The notes: a model not told the origin generated them from the sequence alone. DNA of 64,000 bases from an uncultured Elusimicrobia bacterium (GCA_963702895.1 OY969767.1:2660540-2724539); one strand, 5' to 3'. Counted from the first letter of the stretch, positions 9,756 to 19,742 are shown. Numbers and translations: made by a program.

Positions 9756-10196
9756 CTACCGGCCGGCCTGCGACTTCTCCAGATCAAGAGAGGGAGCGAT
9801 TTCAAGGGTGCTGACCCAATGCACGTGTCCCCGAAAAGCTTTTTTGACACCCGCGGCCACGCGACCTGGCGCTTCGGGCTCCCCGCCACGGCCCATGACG
9901 ATCGCGCTGCAGCGATAGAGCTTGGCGACCTCGACTATTTTTTGAACGGGTTCGCCTTCCATGACTAAGATCATAACCCGCGCTTCAGGCACTCGTTTGA
10001 TGGCCTTGGCACAATCTTCCAGGGAATCCGGAAGGGCTTCCGGAGGGCGCTGGTGTTGGGGATCGCGGTCCCCGAACACGTGAAGGAGAAGGAGAGAACT
10101 TCCCGTAAGGGAAGCCTGCTCATCGGCAAACGCGAGAATTTCAGCATTTTCTGACAATAAATCGATTGGCACTAAAACCAGACTATGGCCTACCAT
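9756..10196 (-). CDS. Universal stress protein family
   Basis: VLVPIDL, LLLLHV, GEP..KI, AIVMGRGG; start taken at ATG 10196 (GGAGG RBS). Confidence 0.8.
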   Translation of the reverse strand: MVGHSLVLVPIDLLSENAEILAFADEQASLTGSSLLLLHVFGDRDPQHQRPPEALPDSLEDCAKAIKRVPEARVMILVMEGEPVQKIVEVAKLYRCSAIVMGRGGEPEAPGRVAAGVKKAFRGHVHWVSTLEIAPSLDLEKSQAGR

Positions 10197-10380
10197 CGGA
10201 AACCCCCCTTCCATTGATTTTACCTTATCTTGCCCTGATGGAGAGGTTGTATGACACGAGTCATAGATTGGCAAGCGACAAGGAATTAGGATGAGACTCG
10301 CGGGAGGCAAGTGATATGGGTCGTCTGAAACGCAGCCTTGGTCAATCCCTCACCCCACAGGAACAGGTGATTCTGTCCAC

Positions 10381-11157
10381 TTAGAATGGGTAGCTGACGC
10401 GCAGCGTCGGGATGATAAATTCCAGGCGGATGTCGGGGTTATAGATTCTCTGGTAGCGGCCCTCCAGGCTCACCTTGGCTTTCTGCGCCGTCCACGTCAG
10501 GCCGCCTCCTAAAGTGATCCCGCAATAAACCTGTTCGTTCGAGTAGAACGAAAGATGGTGCCCGTCCATCTCAATATCGGCTGTCTGATTCACGTAGAAG
10601 CCCCCGAGGCCGAGAAGCGCATAAGGCCTTAAGCCGCTGGTGCTGGTGAGCAGACCAGGCCCCAGGCGCAGGAGGGGCGTGAACTCTAAGATCTTGAAAG
10701 AAGAGGACACCCCGTATTCAAATGTTTCGTTTAGGGTAAAGCCATAGAGAAAGTTGGCGTTCTCCTCCAGCTCCTCCCGGCCCACTTCCAGGCCGTGGTG
10801 AAACGCGTAGCTGACTTGCAGGCCCAACGTCGACCAGGAATTGATTTTCCTCGAAACCGACGTGCTCAGGAGAAAAGAAGGATCCATTTTAGCGGTAAAC
10901 GAATCTGTTCCGATCAGGAGGATGGAACTCTCGGTTAGAAAAATGTGGTAGAGTGGCGGAAAATAGGCTTCCACCCCCAGGGGCAAGGAAGCGCCGGCTG
11001 CAATATCGGCGCTCCAGCGGTTGTTGGGCCCAAAGGAGGCTTCCCAGTACAAGCTCTCCTGGTCCCCCCAGCTGCTCAACAGATCATCGTTGACCGACGC
11101 ATCGCCTTTCGGGGGAAGGCCCAAGCACAGCGCAGCAAAAAGCAGCGCAATCCGCAT
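10381..11157 (-). CDS. Outer-membrane beta-barrel protein (OmpW/Opa-like)
   Basis: Signal peptide from ATG 11157; RPYALLGLG, LEGRY and C-terminal VSYPF. Confidence 0.7.
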   Translation of the reverse strand: MRIALLFAALCLGLPPKGDASVNDDLLSSWGDQESLYWEASFGPNNRWSADIAAGASLPLGVEAYFPPLYHIFLTESSILLIGTDSFTAKMDPSFLLSTSVSRKINSWSTLGLQVSYAFHHGLEVGREELEENANFLYGFTLNETFEYGVSSSFKILEFTPLLRLGPGLLTSTSGLRPYALLGLGGFYVNQTADIEMDGHHLSFYSNEQVYCGITLGGGLTWTAQKAKVSLEGRYQRIYNPDIRLEFIIPTLRVSYPF

Positions 11158-11273
11158 CCGTTCCGTCACCGACACTATATAACGGGAGACGTTTGATAAT
11201 GCAAGCGCCAAGAAAAGCCCCGATGGGAATGCCGAGGATCTGGCCCGAAGCATTTTTTTATAATCAAACGCTC

Positions 11274-12638
11274 ATGAAAAAATCGGCGCTCCTCATCCTC
11301 TGGCTTTTCGCAGGAGCCTCCTGGTGCCAAGCGGAGAACGCATCCCCCTCCGCGGCGTTGGCGGGCTATGTCGAAACGGTGTTGCGGCATCACGCGGGGC
11401 TTCGTGCGGCAGAATCGAGAGTTCAAGCGGCAGAAGCGGGGCTTAAGGAGACTCAATATCAGCGGCTTCCGAACCTCTCGGCCCGCAGCACCCTAACGCG
11501 CGGGGATAATCCTGTGTTTGTCTTCGGGTCGCTCCTCGAGCAGGGACGCTTTGGTCCTGAGAATTTCGCGATCGACTCTCTCAACAACCCCTCCGCCCTC
11601 ACCAATATTAAAAGCGCGCTCGATTTGGGTGTTCCCCTCTTTACGGGCCTTGACCTCACAAGCGCCTCCCGCCAAAGAGAGCTCGCGGCCCGGCAAGCGA
11701 CCGACGAACGCAACGCCCTGGCACAAGGAGTGCGCCTGAAGGCTGCATCGGCTTATCTGGAAGCACTTCTCAACCGCGAACTCTTACTCGAGCTTGACCA
11801 ACGCCTGGCGGCCTCTCGCGAAGAGGTTGGTAACGCGAAGCGCCTGAAAGACCGAGGCGTCGTTCTGGGTTCGGACTATTATGCCGCCCTGGCCTTGTTT
11901 CATGGTCTCAGCGCCTGGCGCGTGGAGCTCTCCAACCAACAGCAGCAGATCCGGTCCCAGCTGACGATTTTGGCGGGCGCGCCAAGCCCGGCGCTTACGG
12001 GACGCTTGAACGAGAAAAGCCCCGCCCTTCCTGAAGAACAAGAGCTGGTCGCCCAAGCGCTCAAGCAAAGGCCGGATCTGGCCGCATCGGCCCGAATGGT
12101 CGAGCAGGCCGAAGTCGGCGCTCAGCAGGCCGGGCGGACGATCTGGCCTCGGATCGACGGTTTTGCCTCCCTTGAAACGAATACCAACGATTTCGAATCG
12201 AACCCGACCAACCATCTTTTTGGGGTCGCCGCCAGGCTCCCGTTCGGCGATCCTTCTTTCTTCGCGCGGCGCTCCCGGGCCGCTTCCAGTCAGAGCGCCG
12301 CCCTGGAAGCCCGCAAAGCCAACGAAGAAGCCGCGTTGCTTGAGCTCTCGGGAGCCTATCATGCCTACCGGACCGCGACCGAAAGCCTTCCCATCATGAA
12401 AGAAATGGCAGCCAGTGCCGAAGAATCCCTCCGGCTCTTCCGTCCTCTCTACCGGTCCGGCCGCCAGAGCATTCTGGATGTTCTGCGGGCGGAGGAGGCC
12501 CTGGCCAAAGCGCGTGCGGCCTATTGGCAATCCTTGTTTCGGCTTCACGTTGGACACCTTCAGCTCATGGCGGCTTCTGGCGCGTTAAATAGCGACATCG
12601 TCCAGAATTTAAGTCAGCGCCTGGAGGCAAAACCTTGA
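11274..12638 (+). CDS. TolC family outer-membrane efflux protein
   Basis: Signal peptide MKKSALL...; RPDL, YRSG..SILDVL motifs; overlaps the RND start. Confidence 0.88.
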   Translation: MKKSALLILWLFAGASWCQAENASPSAALAGYVETVLRHHAGLRAAESRVQAAEAGLKETQYQRLPNLSARSTLTRGDNPVFVFGSLLEQGRFGPENFAIDSLNNPSALTNIKSALDLGVPLFTGLDLTSASRQRELAARQATDERNALAQGVRLKAASAYLEALLNRELLLELDQRLAASREEVGNAKRLKDRGVVLGSDYYAALALFHGLSAWRVELSNQQQQIRSQLTILAGAPSPALTGRLNEKSPALPEEQELVAQALKQRPDLAASARMVEQAEVGAQQAGRTIWPRIDGFASLETNTNDFESNPTNHLFGVAARLPFGDPSFFARRSRAASSQSAALEARKANEEAALLELSGAYHAYRTATESLPIMKEMAASAEESLRLFRPLYRSGRQSILDVLRAEEALAKARAAYWQSLFRLHVGHLQLMAASGALNSDIVQNLSQRLEAKP

Positions 12639-15600
12639 CCCAACACCTCGGCCTTGCCGGTAAACTCGCCCAGACCTTTATCCAATCGAAGCTCACGCTC
12701 CTGTTGGTGCTGGCCGCACTTGGCGCCGGGGCGCTCGCGACCCTCGTCCTTCCACGCGAAGAAGAGCCCCAGATTAAAGTCCCCATGTTCGATGTGTTCG
12801 TTTCCTATCCGGGCGCAAGCGCCCAAGAGGTGGAAGAGCGTATCGTCAACGTCGGCGAGCGAAAGCTTTGGGAAATCCCCGGAGTGGAATACATCTACAC
12901 CACCGCGCAGGCGCACGGGGCACTTTTTATCATCCGGTTTAAGGTGGGGACAAGCCCTGAAGAGGCGATGACCCTTGTGTATACCAAGACTTTCGCCAAC
13001 GTGGACCTCTTGCCGCCCGGGTCCGGACAGCCGCTCATTAAACCACGCACCATCGATGATGTTCCGATCCTGGCGCTTACGCTTTCCGGAAAAACCGCCA
13101 ACGCCTTGGCGCTTCGGCAGGCGGCCGCACTCTTGCGCCAGGAAGTAAGCGCTGTCCCCAACGTGTCTGAAACGAGCATCATCGGTGGACGTCGCAGGCA
13201 ATTCCTGGTCCATTTTGACCCTCGCAAGCTCGCCGAGATTCGCATGACGCCTTTGGAGGTGGCGGGGCTCATTCAGGCGTCCAATAAGCGGCTTCCTGCG
13301 GGGTATTTGACCCAGGAGAAAGACATTACGCTTGTCGAGACGGACGCCTTTATCCGGACGGCAGAGGATTTAAGCCAAGTCGTGGTGGGACTCTCCGGCG
13401 GACGACCTGTCCACCTGGCGGATGTCGCCGTGGTCCGTGATGGTCCTGACGAAGACGAGAAAGAGGTTTACACCCAAACCGAAGGAGCGCCCGAACCCGC
13501 CGTCACACTGTCCGTTTCCAAGCGCAAAGGCGCCAACGCCATCGTGGTGGCGCGTGAGGTCGTCCAGCGCGTCGAGGAGCTCAAGACCCTCCTCCCCGCG
13601 GATCTTTCCATCAGCGTGACCCGTAATTACGGGAAGACCGCCAAAGAAAAATCGGATGAGCTTCTCTTCCATGTGTTTCTCGCCACCTTATCCGTGACGA
13701 TCCTGATCGCGCTCACCCTTGGTATTCGCGAGGCGCTCGTGGTGCTCGTGGCAATTCCCGTGACGCTGGCGTTGACGCTCGTGATCTACACGCTCTTCGG
13801 CTATACGCTCAACCGCATCACGCTTTTTGCCCTGATCTTCTCCATCGGGATCCTGGTGGACGACGCGATTGTGGTGGTGGAGAACATTCACCGGCACTAT
13901 ACGATGCATGATGGGCGCTCCTTATGGGAACTCTCGGTGGATGCGGTCGCCGAAGTCGGCAACCCCACGGTGCTCGCCACTTGGACCGTGATTGCCGCCA
14001 TTCTCCCGATGGCCTTTGTGGGCGGGCTCATGGGTCCCTACATGCGGCCCATTCCGGTGGGGGCGTCCTTTGCCATGCTCTTTTCTCTGGCTATTGCCTT
14101 TATGGTTTCCCCATGGGCCTTCGCACATATTCTCGACTGGTGGAAGCCCAAAACCCAGCACAAGGCCTCCGAGGGCCGCTTGGACCAGCTCTATCGGAAA
14201 ATGATGGGCGGCCTCTTGGACAACGCGCGCGTGCGCGGGATCTATTTGGGCAGCATGGTCCTGCTGCTCCTTGGCGCTGTCTCGCTTGTTTTCTTCAAGC
14301 TTGTCACAGTGAAAATGCTGCCGTTTGATAACAAGGATGAGTTTGAGGTGGTCTTGAATATGTCGGAGTCCTCCTCCTTGGCGCTCACGCGCGAGGCGGC
14401 CCTTGAGATGGCAGGTTCGCTTAAAACCATCCCGGAAGTTCGCCAGGTGACCACCTACCTGGGGACAAGCGCCCCGTATAACTTTAATGGCTTGGTTCGG
14501 CATTACTTCCTGCGCGAGAGTCCTTCCCAGGCGGATATCATGGTGAACCTGGCGCCGCGCCATGAGCGCAAGCGCCAGAGCCATGCCATCGCAAGCGCGG
14601 CGCGCCCGGCCCTTCATGCGATCGCCAAAAAGTACAACGCAAGGATCCAAGTTGCGGAAGTTCCCCCCGGACCGCCGGTTCTGTCCACGCTCGTTTTTGA
14701 AGTCTATGGCCCGAACGCTGAAGAGAGGCTGACGTTCGCGCGCCGGCTCAAAGCGCTCCTGGAAGAGTCGGAGGGGATCGTGGATGTCGACACCTACGTT
14801 CCGGATCCCCAACCTTTGGCGCGCCTGCTCGTGGACCGGGAAGCGGCGACCTTAAACGCCATTGCCCCCGTCCAAGTGGCGCAAACCGTGAGTCTTGCCG
14901 TGGCCGGGCAAACCGTGGATCTGGCGCATACCACCTCCGACAAAGAGCCGGTCGAGATCCGCATGCGCCTGCCCGAAAAAGCGCGCCGCGATGTGGAGGC
15001 CGCGCGTTCGATCCGTCTTCTTTCGCGCAACGGCACCCCCATCCCGATCCGGGACCTCACGCATGTGGAGTCCGCCCAGGCGGACCAGCCCATCTACCAC
15101 AAAAACCTCTTGCCTGTGTCGTACGTGATTGCCGATGTGGCAGGCAAGCAGGAGAGCCCCGTCTACGCGATCCTGGCCGTGCGGTCCAAAATTGAGGACC
15201 TCGCCAAATCCCTGAAACTCGATATGAAATCCTATTTTTCGAAAATGCCGGAGAGCTCCCAGGAGACGGCGCTCAAGTGGGACGGCGAGTGGCAGATCAC
15301 CTATGAAGTGTTCCGGGACTTAGGCGTGGCCTTTGCGATCGTGCTGCTTTTGATTTATGTGCTCGTCGTGGCGTGGTTCCAGTCCTTTTCGGTGCCGCTC
15401 GTCATCATGGCGCCCATTCCGCTCACCCTCGTGGGCATCCTGCCTGGCCATTGGCTCATGGGCGCCTTCTTTACAGCGACTTCCATGATCGGTTTTATCG
15501 CCGGCGCGGGGATTGTCGTCCGTAACTCGATCATCCTGGTCGACTTTATCCAGCTGAGACAGAAAGAAGGCATACCGCTCAAGGAAGCGGTGATTGACGC

Positions 15601-15790
15601 GGGAGCCGTGCGCTTCCGTCCGATGCTCCTCACGGCGGCCGCGGTCGTGGCCGGCGCGGGCGTGATCCTCTTTGACCCCATCTTTCAGGGCCTGGCCGTC
15701 GCGCTCATGGCGGGCGAAGTCGCTTCCACACTCTTGTCGCGTGTCGCCGTTCCTGTTCTCTACTACATGCTCGCCCGAAGGTGGGAATAA
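12635..15790 (+). CDS. RND efflux permease (AcrB/AcrD/AcrF family)
   Basis: 1051 aa; PREEEPQI, GILVDDAIVVVEN, GIVVRNSIILVDF, RFRPMLLT. Confidence 0.95.
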   Translation: MTQHLGLAGKLAQTFIQSKLTLLLVLAALGAGALATLVLPREEEPQIKVPMFDVFVSYPGASAQEVEERIVNVGERKLWEIPGVEYIYTTAQAHGALFIIRFKVGTSPEEAMTLVYTKTFANVDLLPPGSGQPLIKPRTIDDVPILALTLSGKTANALALRQAAALLRQEVSAVPNVSETSIIGGRRRQFLVHFDPRKLAEIRMTPLEVAGLIQASNKRLPAGYLTQEKDITLVETDAFIRTAEDLSQVVVGLSGGRPVHLADVAVVRDGPDEDEKEVYTQTEGAPEPAVTLSVSKRKGANAIVVAREVVQRVEELKTLLPADLSISVTRNYGKTAKEKSDELLFHVFLATLSVTILIALTLGIREALVVLVAIPVTLALTLVIYTLFGYTLNRITLFALIFSIGILVDDAIVVVENIHRHYTMHDGRSLWELSVDAVAEVGNPTVLATWTVIAAILPMAFVGGLMGPYMRPIPVGASFAMLFSLAIAFMVSPWAFAHILDWWKPKTQHKASEGRLDQLYRKMMGGLLDNARVRGIYLGSMVLLLLGAVSLVFFKLVTVKMLPFDNKDEFEVVLNMSESSSLALTREAALEMAGSLKTIPEVRQVTTYLGTSAPYNFNGLVRHYFLRESPSQADIMVNLAPRHERKRQSHAIASAARPALHAIAKKYNARIQVAEVPPGPPVLSTLVFEVYGPNAEERLTFARRLKALLEESEGIVDVDTYVPDPQPLARLLVDREAATLNAIAPVQVAQTVSLAVAGQTVDLAHTTSDKEPVEIRMRLPEKARRDVEAARSIRLLSRNGTPIPIRDLTHVESAQADQPIYHKNLLPVSYVIADVAGKQESPVYAILAVRSKIEDLAKSLKLDMKSYFSKMPESSQETALKWDGEWQITYEVFRDLGVAFAIVLLLIYVLVVAWFQSFSVPLVIMAPIPLTLVGILPGHWLMGAFFTATSMIGFIAGAGIVVRNSIILVDFIQLRQKEGIPLKEAVIDAGAVRFRPMLLTAAAVVAGAGVILFDPIFQGLAVALMAGEVASTLLSRVAVPVLYYMLARRWE

Positions 15791-15792
15791 GA

Positions 15793-15879
15793 CCCGGGGA
15801 CGTTCCTCACGATCTCACGGTGTGACTCCGCTCGTCTTGATGCTTACCACACCGTGAGATCGTGAGGAACGTCCCCGGG
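15793..15879. repeat. Perfect 32-bp inverted repeat with 23-nt loop (REP doublet-like)
   Basis: CCCGGGGACGTTCCTCACGATCTCACGGTGTG at 15793-15824 and its exact reverse complement at 15848-15879. Confidence 0.9.
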
Positions 15880-15899
15880 ATGTTGAAAGGAGACACACC

Positions 15900-16121
15900 A
15901 TGACACTCGAACGAAGAATCCGTTTGATCGCCGGGTCGTTGATTCTCTTAAGTCTTGCCCTGGCTCACTGGGTGAGCCCCCTGTGGCTCTGGTTTACGGC
16001 TTTTGTGGGCGCCAACCTCATCCAATCCTCGATCACCCGCTGGTGCCTGATGGAAGATATCCTGCGCAAGCTCAACCTCGCCGGCCCGGGCTGCTGCGGC
16101 GACTCCATGAAAAAGCTATAA
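15900..16121 (+). CDS. DUF2892 (YgaP-like) membrane protein
   Basis: ERRIRLIAG, FVGANLIQS...WC; AAAGGAG RBS. Confidence 0.9.
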   Translation: MTLERRIRLIAGSLILLSLALAHWVSPLWLWFTAFVGANLIQSSITRWCLMEDILRKLNLAGPGCCGDSMKKL

Positions 16122-16338
16122 AAGGGCTTTCGCCCGAGCCTATTCGCCGACTCTCCGTTCAAAAAGTTCCTATCCCTGTGTTTAATTGCCGGTATCTTCC
16201 TCCTTCGTTTTTGGTCCAAGAATACCCTCGAAGTGAATCCCCCGCTGTGCATTCTCCTTTCATTCGTGAATATTCTCTGCTCTTTTGCATCTAAGGGATA
16301 GGGACGCAGGACGTTTTGTCCTGGGAAGAGAGGCTCCT

Positions 16339-16812
16339 ATGAAGCGAACGAGGCATCTGAGGCTGTATTTAGACACAACCATACCAAGCTACGTCTTTGC
16401 TGTGGATTCTCCCGAACGCATGAAGATCACGAAAGAATTTCTCAGGCTGACCCATTCCCCTGATTACGAAATGTTCATTTCTGACGTGGTGATTCGAGAA
16501 ATACAGAAAGCCTCGGAACCCAAGCAGTCGTTATTGCTGCAAGTCGTTCATTCCATGCCATTGCTTCTGTCTTCACCTGAATCTGATTCACTGGCCGAGG
16601 CCTATCTTCAGTCAGGCGCTCTTCCGTGGAGTTCTTTCGAAGATGCATGCCATGTCGCCATCGCAACGCTGTATAATATGGACGCTTTAATTAGCTGGAA
16701 CTTCGGGCATCTCGTGAATATTCGACGGGCAAAAGCCATCGGCGCGGTTAACAAGCAAAGAGGCCTCCCCCATATCGAGATTCTGAGCCCAGAAGAGGTT
16801 ATCCCATCATGA
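16339..16812 (+). CDS. PIN-domain protein (VapC-like ribonuclease)
   Basis: LYLDTT, ISDVVIREI, EDACHVAIA, ISWNFGHLVN, SPEE. Confidence 0.88.
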   Translation: MKRTRHLRLYLDTTIPSYVFAVDSPERMKITKEFLRLTHSPDYEMFISDVVIREIQKASEPKQSLLLQVVHSMPLLLSSPESDSLAEAYLQSGALPWSSFEDACHVAIATLYNMDALISWNFGHLVNIRRAKAIGAVNKQRGLPHIEILSPEEVIPS

Positions 16813-16955
16813 GGAAAATCGATAAAACATTAAAAGAAGTACGGTCTTGGAAGCGCAAAGTTGCCGCAAAAGTGAAGAAAATGAGCCGGTCGGAACGCGT
16901 GGCGTACTTTAATGCGGCCAAAAACCTTCTTTCCCCTAAACAGCGCGCTGCCTAA
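16809..16955 (+). CDS. Small basic protein, putative antitoxin partner of the PIN gene
   Basis: Below the ORF-track cutoff. MRKIDKTLKEVRSWKRKVAAKVKKMSRSERVAYFNAAKNLLSPKQRAA (48 aa); ATGA overlap with the PIN stop. Confidence 0.7.
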   Translation: MRKIDKTLKEVRSWKRKVAAKVKKMSRSERVAYFNAAKNLLSPKQRAA

Positions 16956-16968
16956 GAATAAGCACCTC

Positions 16969-17211
16969 TCAAGAGCAGCGAACGAGAACGATCTTCGCGG
17001 GCGAATGGGCCCCTTTGATGATCCAAAGCTTACCGGCAGGAACGGCCAGATGACGCGAAAGAATCTCTAAAACTGCCCGATTCGCACGCGCACCCTCCGC
17101 CGGTTCTTTCACCCAAATTTCAAACCGGTCAGGCCCCATCGGCTTGAGCCGATTTTCTTGGGCAGCTGCATGAACTTTCAATTTTAAATGAGTTCTTTGA
17201 GGATCTCCCAT
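16969..17211 (-). CDS. DUF167 (YggU-like) protein
   Basis: VKEPAEGARAN..., IIKGAHSPAK. Confidence 0.85.
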   Translation of the reverse strand: MGDPQRTHLKLKVHAAAQENRLKPMGPDRFEIWVKEPAEGARANRAVLEILSRHLAVPAGKLWIIKGAHSPAKIVLVRCS

Positions 17212-17282
17212 AGCCTCATCTTATCATCCACCAGAAGGTCCTATCTCAGAATATGGGTCCTTTAGACCGCAAGATCACCCGC

Positions 17283-17729
17283 TTAAGGCGTTCCTGGACA
17301 GCGGAGGCTGGCGGGATCGAGCTCTCCCTTAGGATCTCTCTGAAATTGCACGCCGTAACGCCAGGGAGAGTCGGTCCCGCCGCCTGTGGAAAACCAGACT
17401 TCGCAGGCTTGGCGGCCGCCCTTCAGGGCCTTGCACGACGATGTCACTTGGTTCTGGCCATTCTCCGGAATCAAGGCGGAGGTCAAGTGAGCCAAATAAT
17501 CGCCGAGCGTATGGATCTTGCCCTCGGGTGTCCGGATGTCGCAGCCCTTTTCAACGCTCGCCGTATCCAAAGCGAGAGCTTGCTTGCCCGTGAGCAGGCG
17601 CAGCAGCGCTTCGGTCGAGGGGGCGGCGGAGCCCTTTGCCGAAACAGCGGATGCCGCGAAAAGACAAAACGCCAGGACACACATCACCGTGCGAGAAATC
17701 ACTGTCCAGAAAAGTTCTTCCCGATTCAT
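17283..17729 (-). CDS. Hypothetical exported protein with four mature-region cysteines
   Basis: Signal-like N-terminus; ATGA overlap with the upstream gene. Confidence 0.65.
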   Translation of the reverse strand: MNREELFWTVISRTVMCVLAFCLFAASAVSAKGSAAPSTEALLRLLTGKQALALDTASVEKGCDIRTPEGKIHTLGDYLAHLTSALIPENGQNQVTSSCKALKGGRQACEVWFSTGGGTDSPWRYGVQFQRDPKGELDPASLRCPGTP

Positions 17730-18220
17730 TTGGAAACACCTTTCATCCCATGTTGTCGTCGGTATTCATCCAGAATAGCCTTCGGTGAGGTCAGCTGTGC
17801 CGCACCGTCCGAGGGGGCAAGCGATAGGGAGTCATCGACTCCCGGGACGAAAAGCTCGTAGCGAAGGTTCCCTTGCGCATCCTTGCGCTGGGTCAAGCTT
17901 GTCCACACGGCGCCGTTGTGGATCGTCACGTATTCCGTTGAGCCGTAGGCCCCCGGCCGAACGTCGTGGTTGATCACTTTTCCGTCCCAAGGGCTTTCAA
18001 TCCCCTTGAACCACACGAGAGCGCCGCTTGTGCCGGCCCCCTTATACGGAGCGACGTCGACTGTGACGTTGCCTTGACCGACGAACGATTTGGCATACGT
18101 CGCCAAGGTGATCTTCTTCATGTCCAGCGGCTTTCCTTCAGTTGATTTCGAAGCCGCGTGGCCGTCCCCGGCCATCAGCCCGATGAGTCCAACCATCAAA
18201 ACGGCGCAGTTGTATTTCAT
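17726..18220 (-). CDS. Hypothetical exported protein
   Basis: ATG 18220 with AAGGA RBS; signal peptide ending GHA-A. Confidence 0.7.
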   Translation of the reverse strand: MKYNCAVLMVGLIGLMAGDGHAASKSTEGKPLDMKKITLATYAKSFVGQGNVTVDVAPYKGAGTSGALVWFKGIESPWDGKVINHDVRPGAYGSTEYVTIHNGAVWTSLTQRKDAQGNLRYELFVPGVDDSLSLAPSDGAAQLTSPKAILDEYRRQHGMKGVSK

Positions 18221-18239
18221 GTTGATCCTTTCACGGTTC

Positions 18240-19742
18240 TCATTTCTTCTTCTTTGTGGTTCCCGCCTCGACCGTAAACTCGCCGAGGAAGTTCTTTTCA
18301 TTGTACTCTGGGTTGTCCTGACCCATCATCGTCGGCGCCGCGATGACCTCGTCTAAGTCGGATACGGCCTTATGAATCATCGGCAGCCCGCGGATTCCGC
18401 GGGCCGACGGCTCGTGCGGAACGCCTGCGAGTTCGAGTTCCCGCTCAAGCTGCGCTTCGTCGTCACCCGCCGCCTCCGCGAGCGGCACCCACGCATCCCA
18501 TCCCCAGGCCCTGCTCTGCGCCTGTTGTTGCAGGTAGCGCACCAGGGGTCTGCCCAGGGGACGACCGTTGATCACGATGCTGTGCAAAGCAGGGAGGCGG
18601 CCCAGGGGTTTCACATCGGCGGGTGTTAAGCGCCGGTCCGATGAAAAGGATAGAACCTGAAGTGCGGCAAAACCGCGTATTCCCTTAAAAGCCTCCGGTG
18701 TGATGCTCGTGCCGCTGATTTCCAGATAACGCAGACGCGGCAGGCCGCTGAGCGCCTTCAAGCCTTTTTCGCCCACCTTCGTGTTAGTCAGAGCAATTTC
18801 GCGGAGTTGATCCAGGTGAGCAAGAGTTTGGGCGCCGGCATCTGAGATTTGTGCCCCCGTAAGGTCAAGACGCTGGAGGTTTTTGAAAGCGGATAGCGCC
18901 GGAAGGTCATCCTCTCGGATTGAAGCACCCAAAAAGAGCGTGTGGATCCGGGGCAGGCCCCCTAAGGCGGCCAGTCCCGCTCGGCTGACGCGTGCCTGGT
19001 GAAGATCCAATTGCTCAAGCGATGCGAGCGACTGGAGATTCTTTAAGCCTTCATCTGTCACCGATGGCCCCAGGTCCAGCTGCCGCAGCGGCAGATGAAG
19101 AAGTCTTTTCAAGCCCTGATCGCTGACGCGGCTTCCGAGGAGGCTCAGCCGTTCTAATTGGGTGAGGCGGGCGATCGTTTTCAAAGCTTGGTCCGTAATG
19201 AGGGAGCCAGGGACGCTTAAAACGCGGAGTTGTCGCAGGGTGCCCAGAAAGGCAATACCTTGATCGGTAACGCCCTCGCTCAATGTCAGGACAAGCAGGT
19301 CATAGAGCCGCGCGATGGTCGGCAGCGCGCGGTCGTCGGTTCGCGTCCCTTCCAATTTCAAGAGGCGGAATTTGTAGGTGGGATCAGCTCTTCCAGATGC
19401 CCAGAGGCCCGACTGGAACAGTGTTTCGAGATCTCCGTTGGTCAAGGTCTTATGATGGGTGAAATCCAGTCCTGGAACACTTTGCCGCAGAACGAATTTC
19501 GCGAGCGCCTCCATTCCCTGCAGTGCCCGGACAGATTCGTCCATGCGCACATACCAAAGATAGGATTGGATGGCCGCTCGATCCGCGGGAAGGCCGGGTC
19601 CGAGAGAGCGATCGGCAAAGACCTCCGGACGATAGAGAAAAACGCGTAAATTGCGCGAGAGATCAGTCGCCTGAAGAGTCCGGCCCGCCACAGCGAGTAA
19701 GAATAAAAAGAGAGAAGCCGCGATCCATTTTCGCCCGGTCAT
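18240..19742 (-). CDS. Exported leucine-rich repeat protein
   Basis: About ten LxxLxLxxxxVTDxGL repeats; N-terminal signal peptide. Confidence 0.85.
   Translation of the reverse strand: MTGRKWIAASLFLFLLAVAGRTLQATDLSRNLRVFLYRPEVFADRSLGPGLPADRAAIQSYLWYVRMDESVRALQGMEALAKFVLRQSVPGLDFTHHKTLTNGDLETLFQSGLWASGRADPTYKFRLLKLEGTRTDDRALPTIARLYDLLVLTLSEGVTDQGIAFLGTLRQLRVLSVPGSLITDQALKTIARLTQLERLSLLGSRVSDQGLKRLLHLPLRQLDLGPSVTDEGLKNLQSLASLEQLDLHQARVSRAGLAALGGLPRIHTLFLGASIREDDLPALSAFKNLQRLDLTGAQISDAGAQTLAHLDQLREIALTNTKVGEKGLKALSGLPRLRYLEISGTSITPEAFKGIRGFAALQVLSFSSDRRLTPADVKPLGRLPALHSIVINGRPLGRPLVRYLQQQAQSRAWGWDAWVPLAEAAGDDEAQLERELELAGVPHEPSARGIRGLPMIHKAVSDLDEVIAAPTMMGQDNPEYNEKNFLGEFTVEAGTTKKKK

Noticed and set aside
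16166..16305. 12-bp imperfect inverted repeat (GTTCCTATCCCT/AGGGATAGGGAC) upstream of the PIN gene
   Set aside because: Too short and single-copy in this window to call an element.
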